Virus record (IMG/VR): IMGVR_UViG_3300020718_000011
Coordinates: 1 to 64,000 of that record
Length of the DNA stretch: 64,000 nucleotides
Direction: 5' to 3' (one strand)
Origin: a virus
Lineage: Duplodnaviria > Heunggongvirae > Uroviricota > Caudoviricetes
Under the pieces are notes generated by a model. It did not search any database. It was not told where the DNA came from and saw nothing but the letters and a program-made list of their open reading frames with translations. Numbering within the stretch: position 1 is the first letter of the stretch; every line of letters begins with the position of its first letter. Shown piece by piece: positions 55,735-62,598 of the stretch. The position numbers were made by a program, and so were the translations under genes.

Positions 55735-56344
55735 AATTTGATATAGGTTGGTCTTCAATAATAAGGAGTAACTTAGATATAAGTTCTGCCCTATTTAGTG
55801 AACCTGCTAATGAGAATGTTACCTGGGAGTGAACTGGTACAGTTTCAATTGGTGGTGCCGGAGGTTGTATTGGTCCTTGGTGCTGTATAATTGGACTAAC
55901 ATCCAAGATAATAGTTTCTTGGTCTTTGGTCTTTACCTGTACTTGTTGTTTGGCTTTTGCTCTTTCATCGAGTATAGCCTGTCTTTCACGTTTCTCTTTT
56001 TCTTTGTGTTCCTTTTTGGCCTTCTTGAGTTTGTATTCCTCAGACGAATAATATGTGTAAGCCTTTTGATTAAGTTCGTAGATCGCTCCAGTTACTCTGG
56101 TAGCCAAATGAACTGCAGTTGTATTAGAAGGTTTGGAGTACTTCCAATCAAATACAAAGCCACCTAGTTTTGAGCTTTCCAATATTTCCAATACTCCCAT
56201 CTCTTCTAATACCTTAAAGAAGCGAGCATCTAATTTATGGTCTTCTATAAATGCGGTTTTTTTAATGGGAACCACCTTCTGTACCATATCCTGTAGTACA
56301 TTTAGTGCGTCTGTGTAATTTTCTATACTAAGTTGTTGTGACAT
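55706..56344 (-). CDS. hypothetical protein
   Basis: Track ORF starts at 56380; Met MSQQLSIENY chosen; Lys/Glu-rich coiled-coil middle and Pro-rich segment. Confidence 0.45.
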   Translation of the reverse strand: MSQQLSIENYTDALNVLQDMVQKVVPIKKTAFIEDHKLDARFFKVLEEMGVLEILESSKLGGFVFDWKYSKPSNTTAVHLATRVTGAIYELNQKAYTYYSSEEYKLKKAKKEHKEKEKRERQAILDERAKAKQQVQVKTKDQETIILDVSPIIQHQGPIQPPAPPIETVPVHSQVTFSLAGSLNRAELISKLLLIIEDQPISNFRIEVDYSN

Positions 56345-56443
56345 TTTTAAGAAAGAATTTAATATAACGTAAATATACATAAAATATTTTAAGGTTAAAA
56401 ATCAATAGCTGTAATATTTTGTTAAAGAAATTATTTATACACA

Positions 56444-56625
56444 TTAACAACTCCCTAACAATTTATTCAAAAACTATTGTTTATTATTCGCGCTCGTGCG
56501 CCCACCCGCGCGAGGAGAATTTCGCAGAGGCACCCCCGCGCATGATATTACAATGAGTTTAAAAGCTTTAACAACTCCCTAACAATTTATTCAAAAACTA
56601 TTGTTTATTATTCACACGAGCGTAC
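56444..56625. repeat. two 47-bp perfect direct repeats, each abutting a GC-rich quasi-palindrome
   Basis: TTAACAACTCCCTAACAATTTATTCAAAAACTATTGTTTATTATTC at 56444-56490 and 56568-56614; followed by gcgctcgtgcgcccacccgcgcg and, inverted, cacgagcgtacgcgcacgc. Confidence 0.7.
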
Positions 56626-56701
56626 GCGCACGCACTTTTTTATATTTATATCAAAAATTCAAAGAGTTTACACAAAGAGTTGGGTCTCTACTCTTTTAAT
56701 T

Positions 56702-56775
56702 TTCTTTAACATTACCTTAACAACATTTATTTTTTTATTTTGAAACGATTCTTTAAATTTGCTTCAACAATTTAA
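56702..56775 (+). promoter_or_regulatory. class-A phage promoter (upstream copy of a tandem pair)
   Basis: ttctttaacattaccttaacaacatttatttttttattttgaaacgattctttaaatttgcttcaaca; TAAATTTG box. Confidence 0.45.
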
Positions 56776-56849
56776 TTATTAACAATACAAAAAATAATTA
56801 AAATGGAGTATAAAAAAACGAAACGAAACTCTATTAAATTCATTAACAA

Positions 56850-56910
56850 ATCTTTAACTTTAAAAATTTTTTTATCTTAAAACGATTTCTTAAATTTGCT
56901 TTATCAATTT
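56850..56910 (+). promoter_or_regulatory. class-A phage promoter
   Basis: atctttaactttaaaaatttttttatcttaaaacgatttcttaaatttgctttatca; drives 56940. Confidence 0.55.
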
Positions 56911-56939
56911 AATTATTAATAATCAAAAATCAAAAAAAA

Positions 56940-57653
56940 ATGAGCAACAACAAACACAGTAAAGGACGCGGCGCAGCCGGTCACACAACAGGCAGCGAGC
57001 ACACTTCTGCTGAACACACTGACACTGCAATCGACACTGCAATCGACACTGCAGAACACACTGACACCGCAACGGAAGAAACCAAAACGGAAACTACCGA
57101 GGCCAGCGCAGAACACACCGACCCCGCAACAGAAACTGCAGAACACACAGAGCCAGCACCAGAAGTGAAAGTTACTGAAACACCTGCTGCTTCTACCCTG
57201 TCTATCGTGCCAACCGCAGTGGCCAAGGAAGTACCAAAAGTTCGTCTCTTCTGGCAGAAAGCGTGCGGATCAATAAAAGAAAGCACTCTCACCCCTATCA
57301 AGGATGATGAAGTATTCGTTCGCACTGCCCACACCGTAGGTGTCATCCCTGCAGGTGCAGCAGAAGGTACTGCACCTGTTATCGAAATCGTTTACAGCAT
57401 GAAGCGCGGTAAAAGGATCTACTACACACCTTCTTCTTTCATTACCGATGCACAGCGCGTTGCAGCCGACCTGGCCACTAATACGAAGAACGCAGAAAAG
57501 GAAACCGCAGCCAAAGTAAAGGCTGATGAAAAACTGAAAAAAGAGCAGGCGAAAAAGGACGCAGCCGCAGCCGGTCCTAAGGTAGTAGCGGGAGCAACAA
57601 TAGTTGCCGCACCAGCAGCAGCCACAGAAACCGCTACCGAAGAAGTAAAATAA
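56940..57653 (+). CDS. Ala/Lys/Thr-rich protein, paralog B
   Basis: Same conserved core and AKVKADEKLKKEQAKKDAAAAGPKVVAG tail as 51984-52526, plus N-terminal AEHTDTAIDTAIDTAEHTDTA repeats; tandem promoters upstream; terminator downstream. Confidence 0.55.
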   Translation: MSNNKHSKGRGAAGHTTGSEHTSAEHTDTAIDTAIDTAEHTDTATEETKTETTEASAEHTDPATETAEHTEPAPEVKVTETPAASTLSIVPTAVAKEVPKVRLFWQKACGSIKESTLTPIKDDEVFVRTAHTVGVIPAGAAEGTAPVIEIVYSMKRGKRIYYTPSSFITDAQRVAADLATNTKNAEKETAAKVKADEKLKKEQAKKDAAAAGPKVVAGATIVAAPAAATETATEEVK

Positions 57654-57711
57654 GAATATCCCATTTCGGGTATCATATTAAAGATGTCCGTGGCGGATTA
57701 GGTTAGAGAAC

Positions 57712-57748
57712 AAAACCCCGGCGGCGTAAGCTCGCTGGGGTTTTCTGT
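57712..57748 (+). terminator. intrinsic terminator after paralog B
   Basis: aaaaccccggcggcgtaagctcgctggggttttctgtg: stem AAAACCCC/GGGGTTTT with an extended inner stem, then a T-run; followed by the 14-bp palindrome tgtgtagctacaca. Confidence 0.6.
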
Positions 57749-57812
57749 GTAGCTACACATCTTAAAAAATCATATATTATTAAACACTGGACCGATGGGT
57801 TGTAGAGGGCGC

Positions 57813-58400
57813 CTACAAAATTTTATTACTTTTCCATATGTTATCAGAAGCCCATAATGGTTGAAAATTACTGTAATGGTTTAATTTAATTATCTCATCC
57901 TCGTTGGTTGCACTATCTATTGGTATGATATGGTCAAAATGCCATTTACCATAATTAGACCAATCCATTCCTTCCGTAAATTTATTCTCAATCCATATTT
58001 TAAATTCCTCATAAGAGCAGCCAAGTATTTGGTAAGTAGAGGATTTTTTCGTATAACCATTTCTACGAATACTTTGTGCTATGGTTCTTTTAATCTTTTG
58101 GTGTAATTTATAAAGTGGATCTACCTTCATTCTTTCTCTAAGACGTAATTTCCTTCTACTACTTCTCTCTTCTTTTGTTAGTGGTATTTTAGGTTCCTTT
58201 TTTGGAAGTTTTTCGTAGCATCTCTTTTTGGCAGCTACGCATTTCTCTTTATTGTTTTTATAATACTCTTTTTGGTATTCCTTCTTACTTTCCTTATTTC
58301 TTTCATACCATTCTGCCATTCCAGTCCTTTTGTGCATAATTTTTATTTTTATATATCTAATGTTTACGTCTCGAAAACCAGGAATTCTGTGTTTATACAC
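57813..58400 (-). CDS. HNH homing endonuclease
   Basis: DPLYKL..ILGCSYEEFKIW..DHIIPIDSA..NHYSNFQPLW..DN..KSN; true start probably an internal Met (MHKRTG/MAEWYER), which is preceded by an ATATATA box. Confidence 0.75.
   Translation of the reverse strand: MYKHRIPGFRDVNIRYIKIKIMHKRTGMAEWYERNKESKKEYQKEYYKNNKEKCVAAKKRCYEKLPKKEPKIPLTKEERSSRRKLRLRERMKVDPLYKLHQKIKRTIAQSIRRNGYTKKSSTYQILGCSYEEFKIWIENKFTEGMDWSNYGKWHFDHIIPIDSATNEDEIIKLNHYSNFQPLWASDNIWKSNKIL
58349..58360 (-). promoter_or_regulatory. class-B ATATATA box
   Basis: Minus strand reads agatatataaaaataaaaattATG before the internal start of HNH 57813-58400. Confidence 0.3.
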
Positions 58401-58403
58401 ATT

Positions 58404-58461
58404 CTTTAACGTTATCTTAACAAATAGTATTTCACAATACAGAAACGATTTGTTATATTTG
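58404..58461 (+). promoter_or_regulatory. class-A phage promoter with no downstream protein gene
   Basis: ttctttaacgttatcttaacaaatagtatttcacaatacagaaacgatttgttatatttg; TATATTTG; about 190 nt later an intrinsic terminator, no substantial ORF. Confidence 0.45.
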
Positions 58462-58464
58462 CTT

Positions 58465-58661
58465 TTTAATAATAATTATTTAAGCGTACCTAAATTGTTT
58501 GACTATGATAAGGAATAAAGGTTCTCCATAAGTAGTAACTTATTTATTATATTATATTTAGATTATGTCCGAAGACCGAATAAGTCCAGAGTAGGAAAAG
58601 ATTAATTTAGTTTGAGAATGGCAGGATAGAATTAGTTACTATTCTGCCATTTTTGTTTTTT
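58465..58661 (+). ncRNA. candidate about 190-nt non-coding transcript (promoter to terminator, no ORF)
   Basis: Class-A promoter 58404-58461 followed by only tiny ORFs (under 12 codons) and the strong terminator at 58617-58661. Confidence 0.3.
58617..58661 (+). terminator. plus-strand intrinsic terminator
   Basis: tggcaggatag-aattagtta-ctattctgcca: 11-bp stem (one G.U), then TTTTTGTTTTTT; overlaps the 3' end of minus-strand GIY-YIG gene. Confidence 0.6.
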
Positions 58662-59330
58662 AGAGTGAGCTATCTTTAATGAATTACTCATCTTTTGTTT
58701 GGCTTCAGGAGTATTAAATTTTTCCTTCATCATAAGTTTTAATTTTAACTTATGCTCATCAGATAATGGTTTTCTTTTAGCCCTATTATTACCTTCCCTA
58801 ATTTTTTGTTTAGTCTCTTCAGATATAGGATTTCTAGTTTTACCCTTTAATGAGATGGATATTTTCTTCTTAGTTTCATCCGTAACAAATTTACGTTTAT
58901 CTATTTTTGGTTGATCTATTTTAGCCTTAGCTATTTTTGGTTTACTATCTCTATCTTTTATTAATCCCAATAAATTTCTATTTTTATTTCCTTTTAATGA
59001 ATTGGATATTTTTATTTTCATCTCTTCGGATATACTAGTAGTTCCACCACCTCCTTCCGTACAATTTAATCCATCCTTAAATGAGTTAAATTTAGAAATC
59101 CAGTATATCTCTCTTTCAAAAAGTATAGGGTCCTTATTATTATCCAATGTGAGTTCTTCTATTACTTCTTTAGTATGATTCTCCCATCCATATTTATTTA
59201 CGGACCAATATAATTTATGTTGTTTCCTATCAACTCCATATTTATATCTTTCGTTTATACTATTTTTAGTTGTACACCCTATATAAATACGTCCGGTTGG
59301 GCTAGTAATTTTATAGATAAGTCCTTTCAT
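58632..59330 (-). CDS. GIY-YIG homing endonuclease with NUMOD3-like repeats
   Basis: MKGLIYKITSPTGRIYIGCT, KYGWENHTKEVIEEL, DGLNCTEGGGG; repeated SEEMKIKISNSLKG / TDETKKKISISLKG / SEETKQKIREGN modules. Confidence 0.8.
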   Translation of the reverse strand: MKGLIYKITSPTGRIYIGCTTKNSINERYKYGVDRKQHKLYWSVNKYGWENHTKEVIEELTLDNNKDPILFEREIYWISKFNSFKDGLNCTEGGGGTTSISEEMKIKISNSLKGNKNRNLLGLIKDRDSKPKIAKAKIDQPKIDKRKFVTDETKKKISISLKGKTRNPISEETKQKIREGNNRAKRKPLSDEHKLKLKLMMKEKFNTPEAKQKMSNSLKIAHSKKQKWQNSN

Positions 59331-59332
59331 GT

Positions 59333-59345
59333 TACTATATATTGC
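59333..59345 (-). promoter_or_regulatory. class-B ATATATA box
   Basis: Minus strand reads caatatatagtaacATG before GIY-YIG 59330. Confidence 0.3.
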
Positions 59346-59470
59346 TCTTACTTATACATCATTGCCTGGGTGTTAAGTAGATAACAATTTTAGCAGAGTT
59401 TTTCATTTTAGTTCCAGCTATTAATACATATTTGTTTTTCTTATATTACTCAACAAAATGCCCTATAATA

Positions 59471-59520
59471 ATCACTTTGGTATATCACTTTGGTCGATTT
59501 TAAGGCATATTTAAAGCGAC
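59471..59520. repeat. intergenic element copy 3
   Basis: tcactttggtatatcactttggtcgattttaaggcatatttaaagcgaccag; arms tttggtcg/cgaccag. Confidence 0.55.
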
Positions 59521-59620
59521 CAGAAGTAATTATAATATCATCAATAATGCCCCCGGGGTGGTGCTGAAATTTTGACACCAAAATAAAGACCTTCTGTGGT
59601 CAGGTAAAAATACTTTATAA

Positions 59621-59680
59621 TTTCTTTAACGATGGTAATTTTTTTATTTGATAACTATTTATTACATTTGTCTTATAATT
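59621..59680 (+). promoter_or_regulatory. class-A phage promoter
   Basis: ttctttaacgatggtaatttttttatttgataactatttattacatttgtcttata; drives 59687. Confidence 0.6.
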
Positions 59681-59686
59681 TTTTAT

Positions 59687-60031
59687 ATGAAACTTTCAAA
59701 GATAGTAGACCACATACAAACGATGCCACAGGGACTTAATGCCGAGGCACGTGATAAACATTGGTCCAAGCTAAAATTAACCGAAAACGAGATGCTATTA
59801 GCAGAGCGTTACTATAATGTAGAATGCTATGTTAGCTTACCAGATTGGGGAAGGTTTTGGTTAATGTGGGATATGTCTAACGGTCACAAGGGAGGTAAAG
59901 GTTATATGTGGGTGTTCCGTACTAAAAAGGAAGCTCTTGACCATAAGAGAGACCAGAAAAAAAGAGGTGGTGCTTCTTTAAGTTTACCACAAAAGGTGGA
60001 AATACCAAACCGTAAGAATATTTACAATTAA
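59687..60031 (+). CDS. hypothetical protein
   Basis: Track ORF begins with a TTG inside promoter 59621-59680; ATG Met MKLSKIVDH chosen. Confidence 0.45.
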   Translation: MKLSKIVDHIQTMPQGLNAEARDKHWSKLKLTENEMLLAERYYNVECYVSLPDWGRFWLMWDMSNGHKGGKGYMWVFRTKKEALDHKRDQKKRGGASLSLPQKVEIPNRKNIYN

Positions 60032-60044
60032 CTACTTTATATAA

Positions 60045-60098
60045 TCTTTAACGCTGGTAATTTTTTAATTTGAATACTATTTATTACATTTGTATTAA
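60045..60098 (+). promoter_or_regulatory. class-A phage promoter
   Basis: aatctttaacgctggtaattttttaatttgaatactatttattacatttgtattaag; drives 60114. Confidence 0.6.
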
Positions 60099-60113
60099 GA
60101 AAAAAATATAAAG

Positions 60114-60314
60114 ATGTTTGAATTAGACGAAATACCGGATTGGATGGTACAATACATCCCAGAAATTACAGATGGTTCTCATACTACCATCGAAGGGATT
60201 AAAGAGGATGTGAGAAAACTAAAACCCCTACATATGGAAGGTGGAATGGTAGTTATGCTCAACTCTCGGATAGCTCTTTTAAATAACCTCAAAAAGGCAG
60301 ACAACTTAAAATAG
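60114..60314 (+). CDS. small hypothetical protein
   Basis: 66 aa after promoter 60045-60098. Confidence 0.4.
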   Translation: MFELDEIPDWMVQYIPEITDGSHTTIEGIKEDVRKLKPLHMEGGMVVMLNSRIALLNNLKKADNLK

Positions 60315-60320
60315 TTAACT

Positions 60321-60737
60321 ATGTACGACAGGAACAAGGAAATAGAACGCGTATCAGAAGAACTCAAATACTATGCAAATAGTTGGGGTGTAGCAGTGGC
60401 AGAGGAGGGTGAGAAGAACGCAAAGTTGATATTCCAGAAATTGGTACACGAAGCTCGTATGCTTGGACTGGAAGCTACAAAAACATTTCCTGATGGTACT
60501 CCTGTATTCAAAACCATGATACTACAAATACCTGAAGAGCTAATAGGTGCAGACAATTCTGGTGCGGTACAAAGAGCTATTAATTCTTTATGTAAGGGTA
60601 TTCAAATTGGTTGGGTTTCTACATTGACAAGAAGGTTTGATGGGAACCAGGATTACCAAATCGAGTATCGTGAATTGAACCTCGAAGAGAAAAAACAACT
60701 CTCCATAAGGAGAACTTATAAGAAACATAATAAGTAA
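60321..60737 (+). CDS. hypothetical protein
   Basis: 138-aa ORF. Confidence 0.5.
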   Translation: MYDRNKEIERVSEELKYYANSWGVAVAEEGEKNAKLIFQKLVHEARMLGLEATKTFPDGTPVFKTMILQIPEELIGADNSGAVQRAINSLCKGIQIGWVSTLTRRFDGNQDYQIEYRELNLEEKKQLSIRRTYKKHNK

Positions 60738-60804
60738 ACATATGCTTAACTGGATTGATGTTGATGACCCTTATACGTCACACATCTATTAAATCGATAA
60801 CGAA

Positions 60805-61269
60805 ATGACCAACCAATTGCAATATCTACAATCCGTTGATGGCTTTTATAAGTACAAGGTCAATCATGAGTTACAAAGGATTACGCGTATCAGTAATAAT
60901 AAGCGTACCTTTCCCGAGTGGACAGAGTTGGATGAGATAATGAATAATACTACCAAGTTGTCCAAACAGAAATGGCGTATGGTAGAAAATACGTTCTACA
61001 TATCTCAAAAATGGGAATGGGAATATAATGGTGAAAGGTATCGTATATCTGATATACCATTCGAAAAGGAACAACTCCAACCTAATCCTAATTGGCAAAA
61101 TGGAGGAGGTTATCCTTCACTCGCTTTTAATAATGGACAGATATGGGAAACCGCAATTTGCGGTAACTACTTTCCCCAAATGCCACTAATCAGAACGGAC
61201 AAGGATGGTAAGGTAATTCGCAGATGGACTAATATTAAATATGTTCTCAACTTTGAAAAAATTTCGTAA
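60805..61269 (+). CDS. hypothetical protein
   Basis: 154-aa ORF, Trp-rich. Confidence 0.5.
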   Translation: MTNQLQYLQSVDGFYKYKVNHELQRITRISNNKRTFPEWTELDEIMNNTTKLSKQKWRMVENTFYISQKWEWEYNGERYRISDIPFEKEQLQPNPNWQNGGGYPSLAFNNGQIWETAICGNYFPQMPLIRTDKDGKVIRRWTNIKYVLNFEKIS

Positions 61270-61424
61270 TGACAATAGAACTGAAACCAATTTATCCACC
61301 ACAACCAAAATCAATGGTACCTCGCAAAGCTACCATCATTGTGGTTCAACCCGTAACTTCACCACGGGGAGACAAGGGGACAGCGTTTATAGGTGATATT
61401 CCAAACCAGCAAACAAGTTAAGTT

Positions 61425-61745
61425 ATGCCAGACCAGGAACAAAAATTAACGGACGACAAAATCCTCAACATCAAGAGCTATACCGAAAGGAGTTTTCTTG
61501 TTTGGGGTAAGGAAGCAACCATGTTACACAAGACCATGTTAATGGATCATGGTGGACAATATGGTAAGTTCTGGAAACAACAGAAACTCCAGGACAGAGG
61601 ACTTACACACGAGATACCTGATGACCGCAAGGAGAACAAAGGTGAAAACCTGAAAGGGTATATGTTCCCTGCCACCAAAAGGAGTGCGTTGATAACTAAC
61701 CTCATTATGATGGACATCAATTATACCGACTGGGATGCCCGTTAA
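61425..61745 (+). CDS. hypothetical protein
   Basis: 106-aa ORF. Confidence 0.45.
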   Translation: MPDQEQKLTDDKILNIKSYTERSFLVWGKEATMLHKTMLMDHGGQYGKFWKQQKLQDRGLTHEIPDDRKENKGENLKGYMFPATKRSALITNLIMMDINYTDWDAR

Positions 61746-62022
61746 GCCACTAAGCCAGAACATGCTGGACGTCAATGAACTAATGGTTCAGATTGACAAT
61801 TTAAGTACTGAGCTTAAGGATACGTGGACAGAGTATAATAGGCTCAATGGGAGGTTAAGGGAACTATTTGATACCAGAGTAGACGTTGAGTGGAGAGATA
61901 CCTGGAAATCCAAAGAGTCAGCCGATACCAAAATAAAAGACCTACGAAAAGTTATTCGTGAGAAGAAGCAACTCGCAGTAACCATTATAGACGGTTTAGA
62001 TAAAAAAATATATGAGCAGTAA
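61735..62022 (+). CDS. hypothetical coiled-coil protein
   Basis: 95 aa overlapping the upstream gene by 11 nt. Confidence 0.45.
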   Translation: MPVKPLSQNMLDVNELMVQIDNLSTELKDTWTEYNRLNGRLRELFDTRVDVEWRDTWKSKESADTKIKDLRKVIREKKQLAVTIIDGLDKKIYEQ

Positions 62023-62305
62023 TAAGGGTGGAACAACTGGCGGTACAAGTAACTTCGCAGACCTCGCAGACATACTTGCCAGAACATCAAAGGATGGTGT
62101 GGAATGCAGGGTTCATACTAATGCAAGTTGCGTTAATTGTGGGGTCATTCATAAAACAATGGTGCGGGTTGGAGCATTTATAATGTGTAACCCATGTTGG
62201 GAACACAACTTCAATGTGGACTTAATTCCTATGGAAGGTCCACTCCGAGAAAAGTATTTAGTATTCTTAAAAAGATACCAAAATGAAGTCGACAAAGAAG
62301 AGTAA
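62012..62305 (+). CDS. small Cys-rich (zinc-ribbon-like) protein
   Basis: C..C (CVNCGVIH) and C..C (CNPCWEH) pairs. Confidence 0.45.
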   Translation: MSSNKGGTTGGTSNFADLADILARTSKDGVECRVHTNASCVNCGVIHKTMVRVGAFIMCNPCWEHNFNVDLIPMEGPLREKYLVFLKRYQNEVDKEE

Positions 62306-62597
62306 AATTAAACATGGTGATATAGTATCCTGTATGTCAACCTCTGACCCTGGTAGTCTTGCCAATGGCGTTAAGAGAAGAGTGTTCTGTGTAGCACTCT
62401 ATGTGGACATACAAAAGAACCCAGGATTTATGGGTGGTGAAAAGAGTGGACTCTATTTATTCAGGGGTCAGTGGTATGGAAACAATAAGTTAAACAGTAG
62501 GAGCTACGGAAAGTGTTATGGTATGGTCTCCGAAGGATGGTACAAACCCATGTATCGTGTAGGTCATGCTAATAATTGGACAACTAATTTAAACTAA
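62283..62597 (+). CDS. hypothetical protein
   Basis: 104-aa ORF. Confidence 0.45.
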   Translation: MKSTKKSKIKHGDIVSCMSTSDPGSLANGVKRRVFCVALYVDIQKNPGFMGGEKSGLYLFRGQWYGNNKLNSRSYGKCYGMVSEGWYKPMYRVGHANNWTTNLN

Positions 62598-62598
62598 T

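Noticed and set aside
56444-56625. Possible CRISPR array (direct repeats with GC-rich ends)
   Set aside because: Only two copies of a 47-bp repeat with a 123-bp spacer-like gap. There is no regular repeat-spacer periodicity and no cas genes. The repeats resemble decapitated phage promoters instead.
56916-57676. Minus-strand ORFs 56916-57146, 56981-57346 and 57422-57676 (Ala/Val/Ser-rich)
   Set aside because: Antisense shadows of the GC-rich paralog B gene; the same applies to 51975-52217 opposite paralog A.
58330-58914. Small plus-strand ORFs 58330-58518 and 58699-58914
   Set aside because: The first overlaps the promoter and the HNH start. The second lies antisense inside the GIY-YIG gene. 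This region is better explained as a non-coding transcript plus terminator.
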